Assembly: GCA_963738065.1 (NCBI GenBank)
Contig: CAVTVO010000037.1
Span: 1,688 to 65,687 of the forward strand
DNA length: 64,000 bases
Reading direction: 5' to 3'
From: an uncultured Alphaproteobacteria bacterium
GTDB taxonomy: Bacteria; Pseudomonadota; Alphaproteobacteria; Rhizobiales; Hyphomicrobiaceae
The position numbers and the translations under genes were made by a program. Positions within the stretch are counted from its first letter, which is position 1. Each line of letters starts with the position of its first letter. This document shows, piece by piece, positions 10,835-22,639 of the stretch. A model generated the notes under the pieces. The model made no database searches. It was not told the DNA's origin and saw only the letters and a program-made list of their open reading frames with translations.

Positions 10835-10954
10835 TCAGGGTGTGCGAGTTGGGTCGCTCTTGAAGTCTTCGATTGTTGTGTTGGCAGCTATCGCATGCAA
10901 GATTTCGATTTCTGCAAGGCAGTCCCGGATCGCGACGGTCGGATCCTTAACCAT
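10835..10954 (-). pseudogene. Truncated HEPN/DUF86 toxin remnant (39 codons, then stops in the continuing frames)
   Basis: My translation is MVKDPTVAIRDCLAEIEILHAIAANTTIEDFKSDPTRTP*. Its ATG overlaps the MNT stop (ATGA at 10954). Only ~185 nt remain before the M20 gene start, versus ~115-140 aa for intact DUF86. Confidence 0.5.
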
Positions 10955-11253
10955 CACAGAACTCGAACCGCGTCCCGCTCGATGCTCTCGCGCATCAAGG
11001 GATGAAGGGCGTTCCTGGTCGTAATATTGACCGGAATGCCAAGGGCCCCAGACATCTCCTCCTCGAGCTTCATGAGAAGAAAGATGTTTGGAATCTTCTC
11101 GCTCTGGTCGTAGTCGATGAAGAGGTCGAGGTCGCTGTCGGGCCGCTGATCTTCGCGTGCCCGCGAGCCAAAGATGAAGAGGCCCGTCGCCCCGTTCTCG
11201 CGCAGGGCGTCGTCGTATGTCTTCAGAACCTCGATCAGCGCACGTCTATCCAT
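10954..11253 (-). CDS. Nucleotidyltransferase-domain protein (MNT-type antitoxin)
   Basis: LFIFGSRAREDQRPDSDLDLFIDY = GSxxR...DxD minimal NTase motif; 99 aa. Confidence 0.8.
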   Translation of the reverse strand: MDRRALIEVLKTYDDALRENGATGLFIFGSRAREDQRPDSDLDLFIDYDQSEKIPNIFLLMKLEEEMSGALGIPVNITTRNALHPLMRESIERDAVRVL

Positions 11254-11316
11254 GTCTCCTACACATTGCCACAAGAGGTGTGTGTAGGCGAGGCATCCAC
11301 CGTTGCCGATGGCCTC

Positions 11317-12081
11317 TCAGGCGATCGTCACCCCGCCGTCGGCGACAATCACCGCCCCCGTCATGAAGGAGGCCGCCTTCGAGGCCAGGAAGGCGACGAC
11401 GCCGCCGATCTCCTCGGGCTCGCCGATGCGCCGCAGCGGCGCGGTCGCGACGGTGCGCTTGAGCCGCTCCGGGTCCTCCCACAGCGCGCGCGCGAAATCG
11501 GTCTTCACGAGGCCCGGCGCAACGCAGTTGATGCGCACGTTCTTTGGGCTCCACTCCACAGCCAAGCTCCGCGTCAGCTGCATGTCGGCAGCCTTGGAGA
11601 TGCCGTAGGCCCCGAGCTGCGCGCTGCCGCGCAGGCCCCCGATCGAAGAGACGATGACGACGCTGCCGCCGCCCCTCTCGGCCATGCCGGGGATGGCGAG
11701 GTTGCACAGCCACAGGTTGCTCTTGATGTTGGAGCTCATGATCTTGTCGAAGGCATCGTCGGGAATCTTCTCGAGCGGCCCGAAGTAGGGGTTGACGGCG
11801 GCGTTGCACACGAGCGTGTCGATCTTCCCCCACTGCTTCAGCGTGCCCTTGACCAGGCCCTCCACCTCCTCCCGGCGCGAGATGTTGCAGGGGATGACGA
11901 TCGCCTCGCCGCCGGCCGTGCGGATGCCGGCTGCCACCGCCTCGCACGGCTCCGCCTTGCGGCTGGAGATGACGACCTTGGCGCCGAGCGAGGCCATGAT
12001 CTCGGCGGCCGCGCGGCCGATGCCCTTGCTGGAGCCGGTGATGACGGCCACCTGGCCGGTAAGATCGAAGGGGTTCGTCAT
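11317..12081 (-). CDS. SDR-family oxidoreductase
   Basis: VAVITGSSKGIGRAAA (TGxxxGIG), NAA, YGISKAA catalytic YxxxK; 254 aa. Confidence 0.9.
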   Translation of the reverse strand: MTNPFDLTGQVAVITGSSKGIGRAAAEIMASLGAKVVISSRKAEPCEAVAAGIRTAGGEAIVIPCNISRREEVEGLVKGTLKQWGKIDTLVCNAAVNPYFGPLEKIPDDAFDKIMSSNIKSNLWLCNLAIPGMAERGGGSVVIVSSIGGLRGSAQLGAYGISKAADMQLTRSLAVEWSPKNVRINCVAPGLVKTDFARALWEDPERLKRTVATAPLRRIGEPEEIGGVVAFLASKAASFMTGAVIVADGGVTIA

Positions 12082-12192
12082 GGTTCCCGGTCGCCTCCCT
12101 AACCCTTACGTTAACTTATTGCCAAGGCCGCTGTCCGCGCCTAGTTTCGGCTCATAATAGTGACCGGCCCGACAATCCGACAAGGTACGGCG

Positions 12193-13872
12193 ATGGGAGA
12201 GGGACGCCTCTGGGAGAAGAGCTATCCGCCCGGCGTGCGCTGGGATGCCCCGATCGCGACCTCGACCTTGCCGGCGCAGTTTGACGCCTTCACCCGCAAG
12301 TGGGCCCACAAGCCGGCCCTGGAATACCGCGACCGGCAGACGAGCTACGCCGAGCTGCGCGCCGAGCGTCGAGGCGGTCGCGTCCGGCCTGATGGACCTG
12401 GGCGTAGGCCCGGGCACGACGGTTGCGCTCTACCTCCCCAACACGCCGCTCCATCCCCTCTGCTTCTTCGGCGCGCTCAAGGCCGGCGCGCGCATCGTCC
12501 ACCTCTCCCCGCTCGATGCCGAGCGCGAGCTCGCCCACAAGCTCGAGGACTCGGGCGCGCGCACCCTTGTCACCACCAACATCGGCTCCATGGCGCTGCT
12601 GGCCCAGAAGCTGAAAGCCGACGGCCTCCTTGATCATCTGATCGTCGGCGACGATACCGCCTTCGGCCCTTCCGCCGTCCCCACCACGCCGATCGCGGCC
12701 GATGCCTCCGTCATCCGGTTCGAGGCGCTGCGCGAGGCCGGCGCCAAGAAGCTGCCGCGGCCGTGGCCGGCGGCGACCGTCGATGACATCGCCCTCCTGC
12801 AGTACACCGGCGGCACCACCGGCAAGCCCAAGGGCGCCATGCTCACCCATGCCAACCTGAGTGCGGCCTGCTCGATCTACAAGCTGTGGAGCGATCCCCA
12901 GCGCATCTCCATTCCGGGCGAGGACAAGGTGATCTGCGTCCTCCCCCTGTTCCACATCTACGCCCTGACCGCGGTGATGCTGCGCACGCTCAGCGAGGGC
13001 AATGAGCTGCTCCTGCGCGTGCGCTTCGACGTCGAGACGACGCTCAGGGACATCGAGGTGAAGAGAGCGACCGTCTTTCCCGGCGTGCCGACCATGTGGA
13101 TCGCGCTCGCCAACACGCCCGGCATCGACAAGCGCGATTTCTCCTCCCTGCGCTATGCCGGGTCCGGCGGCGCCGCCCTTCCCGTCGAGGTGGCCGAGCG
13201 CTTCCAGAAGCTCACGGGACAGCGCCTCGGCGGCGGCTGGGGCATGACCGAGACCTCGCCCGCCGGCACGGCCATGCCGCGGGAGTGGACCGGCAAGGCC
13301 GGGTCTGTCGGCCTGCCGCTGCCCGGCATCGATATGGACATCGTCGCGCTCGACGATCCCCGTCGCGTGCTGCGACCCGGCGAGAAGGGCGAGATCCGCA
13401 TCAAGGGCCCCAACGTCACCAAGGGCTACTGGAACGCGCCCGAGGAGACGGCGGCCGCCTTCGTCGACGGCTACCTGCTGACCGGCGACATCGGCACCAT
13501 GGACGAGGACGGCTACTTCTATCTCGTCGACCGCAAGAAGGACATGATCATCTCCGGCGGGTTCAACGTTTACCCTCGCACCATCGAGGAGGCGATCTAC
13601 GAGCACCCCGCCGTGGCGGAGGTGGTGGTGGTCGGCGTGAAGGATGCCTATCGTGGCGAGGCAGCAAAGGCATTCGTGCAGCTGAAGGCTGGCGCTCGGC
13701 CGTTCACCCTCGACGAGCTGCGCGGCTTCCTCGCCGACAAGATCGGCCGGCACGAGATGCCGGCGCACCTGGAGTTCCGCGACGCCCTGCCGAAGACCGC
13801 CGTCGGCAAGCTGTCGAAGAAAGAGCTGATCGAGGAGGAGCGGCAGAAGACCAAAGCCCACCGCCGAGTGCA
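12193..13872 (+). pseudogene. Long-chain/medium-chain acyl-CoA ligase (AMP-binding, FadD-like); frameshift ~12362; no in-frame stop before the thiolase ATG
   Basis: The N-terminus MGEGRLWEKSYPPGV is in frame 1. The body in frame 2 has LQYTGGTTGKPKGAMLTH, GWGMTE, TGDIG..DEDGYFYLVDRKKD and GKLSKKEL. The 3' limit is uncertain because a REP element occupies the spacer. Confidence 0.88.
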
Positions 13873-13875
13873 CGT

Positions 13876-13966
13876 GTCATCCTCGGGCTTGTCCCGAGGA
13901 TCCAGCGAACCGCAAGCGCCGGAGCAAGCTGAGAAATGGATGGTCGGGACAAGCCCGACCATGACA
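13876..13966. repeat. REP/MITE-like element: two inverted 28-nt units GTCATCCTCGGGCTTGTCCCGAGGATCC / GGATGGTCGGGACAAGCCCGACCATGAC
   Basis: Each unit is itself a hairpin, and the units are inverted relative to each other. The same family is seen at 62735-62825. Confidence 0.8.
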
Positions 13967-13990
13967 ACGCTAACGAAGAGGAACTCGACC

Positions 13991-15173
<1,183 letters not shown>

Positions 15174-15184
15174 GGGAGAGAGCC

Positions 15185-16393
15185 ATGGACCTGCGCTTCA
15201 GCCCCGAAGAGAACAAGTTCCGCGAGGAGCTGCGCACCTTCTTTCGCGAGAAGGTGCCGGCCGAAATCCGCAACAAGGTCATGGAGAGCCGGCACCTCGA
15301 CAAGTCGGAGCTGATAGAGGCGCACAAGATCCTGCACGCCAGGGGCCTGACCGTGCCGCATTGGCCCAAGGAATGGGGCGGTGCCGACTGGACGCCGGTG
15401 CAGCACTACATCTACACCGAGGAGCTGCAGTTCAACGGCGTGCCGCAGCCGCTGCCCTTCAACGTGTCGATGTGCGGTCCGGTCGTCATCGCCTTCGGCA
15501 CGCCGGAGCAGAAGAAGCGCTTCCTGCCGCGCATGGCGGCGCTGGACGACTGGTGGTGCCAGGGCTTCTCCGAGCCCGGCGCCGGGTCCGACCTCGCCGG
15601 TCTCAAGACCGCGGCCGTGCGCCAGGGCGACCACTACATCGTCAACGGCCAGAAGACCTGGACCACGCTGGCGCAGTACGCCGACTGGATCTTCTGCCTC
15701 TGCCGTACCGATCCCAGCGCCAAGAAGCAGCTCGGCATCTCGTTCATCCTGATCGACATGAAGACGCCGGGCATCACCGTGCGGCCGATCCAGACCATGG
15801 ACGGCGGCCGCGAGGTCAACGAGGTGTTCTTCGACGACGTCAAGGTGCCGGTCGAGAACCTGGTCGGGCAGGAGAACCGCGGCTGGGATTGCGCCAAGTT
15901 CCTGCTCGGCAACGAGCGCACCGGCATTGCCCGCGTCGGCTACTCCAAGCAGCGCGTGCAGCGCATCAAGGAGCTGGCAGGGCGGGTCAAGGCCGGCGAT
16001 CGGCCGCTCATCGACGACGAGCGCTTCCGCGAGAAGGTGGCGGCCGTGGAGGTGGAGCTCAAGGCGCTCGAGATGACGCAGATGCGCGTGCTCTCCGAGG
16101 ACCGCAACCGCAAGGACCGGCTGCCCAACCCCAAGTCGTCGATCCTCAAGATCAAGGGCAGCGAGATCCAGCAGCGCACGACCGAGCTGCTGCTGGAGAT
16201 CGCCGGTCCGCTGGCGCTGCCCTACCAGCCCGAGGCCGACGATCCCGAGTTCGGCTCCAACGAGCCGCCGCTCGACCTCGATTGGGCAGCTCCCGCGGCG
16301 CCGGCCTATTTCAACTACCGCAAGACCACGATCTACGGCGGCTCCAACGAGATCCAGCGCAACATTCTGGCCAAGGCCGTGCTGGGCTTCTGA
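15185..16393 (+). CDS. Acyl-CoA dehydrogenase
   Basis: MDLRFSPEENKFREEL...WWCQGFSEPGAGSDLAGL...YIVNGQKTWTT...IYGGSNEIQRNILAK; intact, 402 aa. Confidence 0.92.
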   Translation: MDLRFSPEENKFREELRTFFREKVPAEIRNKVMESRHLDKSELIEAHKILHARGLTVPHWPKEWGGADWTPVQHYIYTEELQFNGVPQPLPFNVSMCGPVVIAFGTPEQKKRFLPRMAALDDWWCQGFSEPGAGSDLAGLKTAAVRQGDHYIVNGQKTWTTLAQYADWIFCLCRTDPSAKKQLGISFILIDMKTPGITVRPIQTMDGGREVNEVFFDDVKVPVENLVGQENRGWDCAKFLLGNERTGIARVGYSKQRVQRIKELAGRVKAGDRPLIDDERFREKVAAVEVELKALEMTQMRVLSEDRNRKDRLPNPKSSILKIKGSEIQQRTTELLLEIAGPLALPYQPEADDPEFGSNEPPLDLDWAAPAAPAYFNYRKTTIYGGSNEIQRNILAKAVLGF

Positions 16394-16402
16394 TCTAGAG
16401 TC

Positions 16403-16524
16403 CCCTCTCCCCATTCTTTTCAGAATGGGGAGAGGGTTAGGGTGAGGGGCAGAGCCTTGCTCCGGCGTGGCGTTTGACGCTGCCCCTCACCCCGACCCTC
16501 TCCCCGTGAAGGACGGGGAGAGGG
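16403..16524. repeat. Cluster of three REP-type hairpins; the first lies directly after the ACAD stop and may serve as terminator
   Basis: CCCTCTCCCCATTCT-TTTC-AGAATGGGGAGAGGG (16403-16436); GGTGAGGGGCAG...CTGCCCCTCACC (16441-16492); CCCTCTCCCCG-TGAAGGA-CGGGGAGAGGG (16496-16524). Confidence 0.75.
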
Positions 16525-16545
16525 TGGAAGACGGAGTAGCAGTCC

Positions 16546-17166
16546 GTGACTATCGAGACCTGGCTGGCCTTTGCCGCCGCTTCCGCGGTGCTGCTCGTCG
16601 TCCCCGGGCCCACCATCCTGCTTGTGATCTCCTACGCGCTCGGCCAGGGGATGCGCACCGCGCTTCCCGTCGCGGTCGGCGTGGCGCTTGGCGACTTCAC
16701 GGCCATGACGCTGTCGATGCTGGGCATCGGCGCCCTGCTGGCCACCTCCGCCCTCCTCTTCACGGCGCTGAAATGGGCCGGCGCGGCCTATCTCGTGTGG
16801 CTCGGCGTTCGCTTGTGGCGGGCAGGCGGGACGCTCGAGGCCACGCCCCGCAGCGACGCCAGGCCCGCGCTGCGCATGCTGGGCCATGCCTGGCTGGTGA
16901 CCGCGCTCAATCCCAAGAGCATCACCTTCTTCGTGGCGTTTCTGCCTCAGTTCATCGACCAGGCCCGCGATTTTGCGGCGCAGATGCTGATCTTCGAGGC
17001 AACCTTCATCTGCCTCGCCTTTGCCAATGCCATCGGCTATGCGCTCGTCGCCGCGCGGGCGCGTCGGCTGGTGCGGAGCGAGCGTGCGGTCGGGATCTTC
17101 AATCGCATCGGCGGCTCGTTGCTGATCGGCGCGGGCGTGGCCGCGGCCAGCCTGCGCAGCTCGTAG
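16546..17166 (+). CDS. LysE/RhtB-family amino-acid exporter
   Basis: GTG start; TWLAFAAASAVLLVVPGPTILLVIS...ALNPKSITFFVAFLPQF; 206 aa. Confidence 0.9.
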   Translation: MTIETWLAFAAASAVLLVVPGPTILLVISYALGQGMRTALPVAVGVALGDFTAMTLSMLGIGALLATSALLFTALKWAGAAYLVWLGVRLWRAGGTLEATPRSDARPALRMLGHAWLVTALNPKSITFFVAFLPQFIDQARDFAAQMLIFEATFICLAFANAIGYALVAARARRLVRSERAVGIFNRIGGSLLIGAGVAAASLRSS

Positions 17167-17211
17167 CCGACACCAAAATCGCGCTTCGCCGGCGCCACGG
17201 GAGGATGGCCA

Positions 17212-18362
17212 ATGGATTTCGATCTCAACGACGAGCAGCGCCAGCTCAAGGACAGCCTCGAGCGGCTGCTCAACGACACCTACGGCGACCTCAACAAGCG
17301 CCATGGCTACATGAAGGAGGCGAAAGGCTACAGCGCCGCCCTGTGGAAGCAGTATGCGGAGCTGGGCCTGCTGGCGGTGCCGTTCGCGGAGGAGCACGGC
17401 GGGCTCGGCCAGGGCCTCACCGAGACCATGATCCTCGCCGAGGCGTTCGGCCGTGCGCTCGCCATCGAGCCGTATCTCGCCACCATCGTGCTGAGCGGCG
17501 GCGCGCTGCGCCACGCCGGCAACGCTGCGCTCCTCGAGGAGCTGGTGCCCGCGATCGTCGAGGGCAAGATGACCCTGGCGCTGGCACACCAGGAGCGTCA
17601 GGCGCGCTACGACATCGCCGACACCGCCACCACCGCGCGTGCGGACGGCAAGGGCGGCTACACGCTGGAGGGCGAGAAGAACGTCGTCCTGCACGGCGAT
17701 CACGCCGACAAGCTGCATCGTCACGGCGCGCGTGCAGGGCGGCCGCACCGACCGCGCCGGCATCGCCCTGTTCCTGGTCGACGCCAAGGCCAGCGGCCTC
17801 ACGCGCCGCGGCTATCCCACCCAGGACGGCATGCGCGCAGCCGACGTGACGCTGTCGGCCGTCCGCGTCGGCCCCGAGGCCGTGGTGGCGGGGCCCGACA
17901 AGGGGCTCGCGGTGCTGGAGCGCGTCGTCGACGAGGCCATTGCCGCGCTGTGCGGCCGAGGCCGTCGGCGCCATGGCCGGGCTGCACGAGCTGACCGTTG
18001 AATACCTCAAGACGAGGAAGCAGTTCGGCGTGCCGATCGGCTCGTTCCAGGTGCTGCAGCACCGCGCCGTCGACATGCTGACCGCGCTGGAGCAGGCGCA
18101 CAGCATGGCCTACTACGCCACCATGATGGCGGCCGAGCCCGATGCCGGATTGCGCCGCAAGGCCATGTCGGCCGCCAAGGTGCAGATCGGACGCGCGGCC
18201 AAGCACATCGGCCAGGAGGCGATCCAGCTGCACGGCGGCATCGGCATGACCATGGAGTACAAGGCCGGCCACTACTTCAAGCGGCTGACCATGATCGACA
18301 TGGCCTTCGGCGACGCCGACCACCACCTGCGCGAGCTGGCCCAGGCCGGCGGCCTCGGCTGA
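17212..18362 (+). pseudogene. Acyl-CoA dehydrogenase (second subunit/paralog); two frameshifts (~17715, ~17954) as sequenced
   Basis: ORFs 17212..17994 (frame 1), 17639..18001 (frame 2) and 17940..18362 (frame 3) join as ...HGDHADKL|IVTARVQGG...AIAALC|AEAVGAMAGL...IQLHGGIGMTMEY. Confidence 0.88.
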
Positions 18363-18380
18363 CGCAGCGCCGTCCTCGCC

Positions 18381-19576
18381 TCAGATCACGCCGTCGCGGC
18401 GCAGCGCCGCGACCTCCGCCTCGCCGTAGCCGGCCTCGGCCAGGACCTCGGCGGCGTCGGCGCCGGGCAAGCCGGCAGGTCGCGTGACCTTGCCGCCGCC
18501 GTGCGCCAGCCGGAAGCCCGAGCCCACGAACGTGAGCTCCCCGTAGGGCGTCTCGACCCGCTGCAGCACGTCGCGATGGGCAAGCTGCGGATGGGCCACG
18601 ATCTCGGGGATCGTCCACACGCGCGAGCACGGCACGTCGGCCGCGGTCAGCCGCGCCTCCCAGGTCTTGTCGTCGGCCTCGGCCAGCACCTCCTCGATGA
18701 TGCCGCGCAGCGCCGCATCGTTGGCGAGGCGCGCCGGCCAGTCGAGGAAGCGCGGGTCCTTCGGCAGCTCCGGGTCGCCCGATCGCCTTGGACAAGGCGA
18801 GGAACTGCTTGTCGTTGTTGACGGCGAGCAGGATGTGTCCGCCCTTGCACTTGAACACGTCCGCCGTCGGCAGCCGGCTCTGCGCCCGGTTGCCGAGCTG
18901 ACCCTGCACATGGCCGCCGACGGTGAAGTCCGTGACGTAGGTGGTGAGGAACGTCAGCGCCGCATCGAGCATGGCGACATCGACCAGCTGGCCCTTGCCC
19001 GTGTGCGTGCGCTGGTACAGCGCGCTCGACACCGCGAACGCCGCCGTCATGCCGCCGATGGCGTCGCACACGGCAAACCCCGCCCGCATCGGCCCGCGTC
19101 TCGGCAAAGCCGGTGACCGACATGATGCCGCTCATGGCCTGGATCTTGCCGTCGTAGGCAGCCGTCGTGCGCTCCGGACCGTTCTGCCCGAAGCCGGAGA
19201 CCGCGCAATAGATCAGCTGCGGATTGAGCGCGGAGAGTGTCGCGTAGCCGAGCCCGAGCTTGTCCATCACGCCGGGGCGAAAGTTCTCCATCACCACGTC
19301 GGTCTTCGCGGCCAGCCGCTTGGCGATCTCGATCGCCTTGGGCTTGGTGAGATCGAGCGCGAGCATGCGCTTGTTGGCGTTGATCCCCAGGAAGCCGGTG
19401 CCGAGGTTGCGCGCCGCCCACTCCTTGTTGGGGGGCCCGCGCCGCATGTCGTCGCCGCCGGGGCGCTCGATCTTGATGACGTCGGCGCCCAGCAGCGCCA
19501 GCTGGTAGCTGCCGAAGGGCCCGGCGAACACCTGCGTGAAGTCGAGGATGCGGACGCCGGCGAAGGGCTGGGTCAT
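18381..19576 (-). pseudogene. Family III CoA-transferase (CaiB/BaiF-like); two frameshifts (~19100, ~18780) as sequenced
   Basis: MTQPFAGVRILDFTQVFAGPFGSYQLALLGADVIKIERPGGDD..., then ...MRAGFAVCDAIGGMTAAFAV..., then ...RVWTIPEIVAHPQL...; assembled from ORFs 18647..19819, 18277..19107 and 18381..18911. Confidence 0.85.
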
Positions 19577-20564
19577 GCGGCGCCGGCTTTCGCCTTGTCC
19601 TGCCGTGCCCTGGGCCTTGTCGCGCTGCAGCCCCAGGTCCTCGCGCAGGCGCGTGGCCACCTGCTTCTGCTTGTCGAACTCGGCGCGGCGGCGCGCGATC
19701 TCCTCCGGCGACATGCGCGCCACGTTCTGGAAGTCGAGCTTCCAGTCCGGGCTGTCGCTCCACGCCAGCGGCGACTGCACGGTGGTGCGGGCGGCCGGCG
19801 CGGTCTCCAGCACCTTCAACGCCAGCTCCAGCGTGAACGCCTGCGATTGCGGGTCCTTCGGTCGCCCCGCCGCATTGCCGAGCGGAAAATCGGAGAAACA
19901 GCAGGCGCGGCACGCCGACGTACTCGACGATGTCCTTGGCGCAGCCCATCACCACCGTGGCGATGCCGGCCGCCTCGAGCGCGCGGGCCGCGAGGCTGGC
20001 GCTCTGATGGCACACCGGGCAGTTCGGCAGCAGCAGCGCAGCGTCGACGCGATCCTCCTTGCAGCGCGCCACGATCTCCGGGCAGTCGACCTCGAGCGTC
20101 ACGCGATGGCTGCGATTGGTCGGCAGCCCGTGGAATCGCCGTGCCAGCTCGCCGATGCGGCCCTGCTTGGCTGCCGCCCGCAGCGCGGGAAGGGGGAACC
20201 AGGTGCCGGGGTCCTCGGCCGTGGTGTATTTGCGGTCGATGCCGACGTGCGAGATGCGCAGGTCGTGATCCCTGGCCGTGTCGCCGGAATAGACCTGATA
20301 GAATTTGGCCGCCGAATTGTAGGGCGCGCCCGGCCCCTGATCGCCCTTGTCGGGCTGGTAGGGTGCCGCCGTAGTGACGATCGCGACCCGGCACTCCTCG
20401 AGTTTCTTGCCGAGCGGCTGGAACGGCACCTCGGCGTAGTGCGCCCACTCGTAAGGCGCGCCGTAGCCGAGCGTCACGTAGTAGTCCCGGATGCGCTGCA
20501 TGTAGGGGATCGGCGCATCGTGGGCCGGCGCGAAGCCGAATGCCTCGCTGCGTTCATTGGACAT
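19573..20564 (-). pseudogene. Glycine/sarcosine/betaine/D-proline reductase component-B-like protein (GrdB/PrdB family, non-selenoprotein form); frameshifts ~19897 and ~19600
   Basis: GGAGGAG RBS precedes ATG 20564. MSNERSEAFGFAPAHDAPIPYMQRIRDYY...LLLPNCPVCHQS...GCAKDIVEYVGVPRLLF|SDFPLGNAAGRP.... The stop would overlap the CoA-transferase ATG (ATGA). Family call is from memory. Confidence 0.65.
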
Positions 20565-20717
20565 GATCTGCGTCTCCTCCGGCAACCGGGCTTGCCCGCA
20601 TTGTCCGAGCGTTTGCCGCGCTCCGCAAGGGCCGGGCGCATGCTAGTGGCGAATGTCGGACCGTCCCAATAGGCTGTCCTCCAATTCAACCGGCCGCAGC
20701 GAGGAGCGCCCAACCCA

Positions 20718-21623
20718 ATGACCAGCAACAGCGAGCAAGCCGTCACCTACAAGTCGCACGACCGCATCGCCACCATCACCATTGCCAAGCCCGAGCGCAT
20801 GAACCGCATCGATGCGGCCGTGGTGGAGGGCCTGCACCAGGCCTGGCGACGCTTCATGGGCAGCGAGGAGGACCGCGTGGCGATCCTGACCGGAGCCGGG
20901 GACAAGGCCTTCTCGGCCGGCGCCGATCTCAGGTCGCCGCCCAACGACCTCTACCGCGGCATCCCGGGAGTCGGTGTGCCCGTCGACAAGCCGGTGGTCG
21001 GTGCCGTGGCCGGCTGGGTGGTCGGCGGCGCCATGGTGCTCACCACCATGTGCGACATCCTGATTGCGGCCGATACCACGCGCTTCTCCTATCCGGAGGT
21101 GAAGGTGGGGTTCACCGGTGGCATCATCACCAATCTTGCCTCCCGCATCCCGCACAAGATCGCCATGGAGCTGTTGCTGGTCGGCGAGCCGATCGACGCC
21201 AAGCGCGCCTACGAGGTCGGCTATGTCAACAAGATCGTACCGTTCGCGGAGCTGATGCCGACCGCGCTCGACTACGCCCGCCGCATCGCTGCCACCGCTC
21301 CACTCCCCTCGCGCGCGCTCAAGCGCTTCGTCGCCGAGTCCCTCCCCAAGGGCCCCACCGAGCTCGCCGGCATCGCCCGTGCCCAGACCGACGCCATCTT
21401 TGCGAGCGAGGACTGGGCCGAGGGGCGCACGGCCTTCGCCGAGAAACGCCCGCCGGTCTATCGCGGTACGGTGACCCATCGTGTGTTGATGAATGGTCAG
21501 TGGGAGCGCGCGCCGTCATGCCCGCCAAGCGAAGCGGAGAGCGGGCATCCAACCCCCAATCTCAACGGTGCAGTCCACCTCTGGATTCCCGCCGCGCACT
21601 TCGCGCCTGCGGAGGTGAGATGA
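20718..21623 (+). CDS. Enoyl-CoA hydratase/isomerase (crotonase) family; last ~40 codons read into REP sequence
   Basis: ITIAKPERMNRID...LTGAGDKAFSAGADL...GWVVGGAMVLTTMCDI...EGRTAFAEKRPPVY; the tail ...SCPPSEAESGHP is REP-derived. Confidence 0.85.
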   Translation: MTSNSEQAVTYKSHDRIATITIAKPERMNRIDAAVVEGLHQAWRRFMGSEEDRVAILTGAGDKAFSAGADLRSPPNDLYRGIPGVGVPVDKPVVGAVAGWVVGGAMVLTTMCDILIAADTTRFSYPEVKVGFTGGIITNLASRIPHKIAMELLLVGEPIDAKRAYEVGYVNKIVPFAELMPTALDYARRIAATAPLPSRALKRFVAESLPKGPTELAGIARAQTDAIFASEDWAEGRTAFAEKRPPVYRGTVTHRVLMNGQWERAPSCPPSEAESGHPTPNLNGAVHLWIPAAHFAPAEVR

Positions 21624-21693
21624 GTGGAGATGGTGAGATTGGGGACTTCGCGAGCCCCAACCTGCGTCATCCCGGCGAAGGCCGGGACCCATG
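21515..21693. repeat. REP hairpins in a ~600-bp gene-poor spacer
   Basis: GTCATGCCCGC-N15-GCGGGCATCC (21515-21550) and GTCATCCCGGCGAAGGCCGGGACCCATGG (21666-21693). Confidence 0.7.
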
Positions 21694-22146
21694 GCACTCG
21701 CGCTATGGCATTGGGCTCCCGCCTGCGCTTCCCCTTGCCGATGTGAGGTCGTGAGACGGTGAGTTGGAGCTCTGGAGCGGTCTCGGCGATGGAACTCCCC
21801 CATTGCCGCAGGGCGGCCCGTTATCTCACCACTCACCAGCACGATCGCCCCGCAGGCCTCAGCCTCGAGGGTTGGAGAGTGAGGGAGCAGGGCGCCAATG
21901 CCTGGCTCGGGATTCCAAGGGCAAGCTGACATCAGCGCCCTGCGCGGCCTCGAGGCTCCAGCGAACGGCTCCGGCGAGTAACCCAACCGGCCTCGGATAC
22001 GCTGGGCTCCGGCTGCGGCCGGACCCTCGTTGCGCCCCCGCCTCGCGCTACCGAGACGCCTCGCGATGGCGCCCCTCGTTGAGCCGGGGTGAGCGCAATA
22101 TGACTCGGCTTTGAAGGGCGGGGATAAGCGCGAGCTTGGTGGAGGA

Positions 22147-22173
22147 GGTGTCAGACCCTCCGGGTCTGACACC
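22147..22173 (-). terminator. Perfect 12-bp stem-loop 44 nt downstream of the cupin gene stop (no U-tract)
   Basis: GGTGTCAGACCC-TCC-GGGTCTGACACC. Confidence 0.4.
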
Positions 22174-22216
22174 ATGGCTCGACCTTGTCGGCCTCGAGCA
22201 GGCCACCGCAGCTTCC

Positions 22217-22639
22217 TCACTCCGCCGCCTCGGCCTTGGCCGTCGGCCCTTCGACCACGCGCGTCTTGAAGTCCGCCGGCGACACGATCTCCAGCACCTC
22301 GAAGTCCTCCGAGCAGGCGATCTCGCGATGCTTGATCATCGGCGTCTGCAAGATGCAGTCGCCCTTGCGGATGGTCTTCTGGCCCTGGCCCTCGTACTCG
22401 AAGGTGGCCCAGCCGTTCATCACGTAGACGAACTGGAAGTCGCACTCGTGGATGTGCCACTGCTGCACCTCGTCCTTCATCTTCTTGCCGTTGTGGCGGA
22501 TGAGGTGCGCGACATAGTCGCCCTTGGTGCCGCCCTTGATGCCGAGATCGCGGTACTCGAAGATCTCGCGCAGGCCCGGCGTCCACTTGGCGTCCTTGGC
22601 GAGGTCGTGCACGAATTTCCAGTCTTTCTTCTCGGCCAT
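22217..22639 (-). CDS. Cupin-domain protein
   Basis: 140 aa; ...QQWHIHECDFQFVYVMNGWATFEYEGQGQKTIRKGDCILQTP... two-His cupin motif pattern. Confidence 0.75.
   Translation of the reverse strand: MAEKKDWKFVHDLAKDAKWTPGLREIFEYRDLGIKGGTKGDYVAHLIRHNGKKMKDEVQQWHIHECDFQFVYVMNGWATFEYEGQGQKTIRKGDCILQTPMIKHREIACSEDFEVLEIVSPADFKTRVVEGPTAKAEAAE

Noticed and set aside
7857-11024. 1055-aa plus-strand ORF
   Set aside because: It is antisense to the HlyD and M20 genes, both of which have clear family motifs. The composition is shadow-ORF-like.
16403-16524. Possible CRISPR array or tRNA-like structures among the hairpin clusters (also 13876-13966, 21515-21693, 62735-62825)
   Set aside because: There are no regularly spaced identical repeats with unique spacers and no cloverleaf. 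These are palindromic REP-type units. I found no rRNA, tRNA or CRISPR features by eye anywhere in the window.
19573-20564. Selenocysteine (in-frame TGA plus SECIS) in the GrdB/PrdB-like gene
   Set aside because: The conserved N-terminal ~230 codons are read without any in-frame TGA, and the CPVC segment has Cys. The breaks present are frameshifts, not UGA codons.
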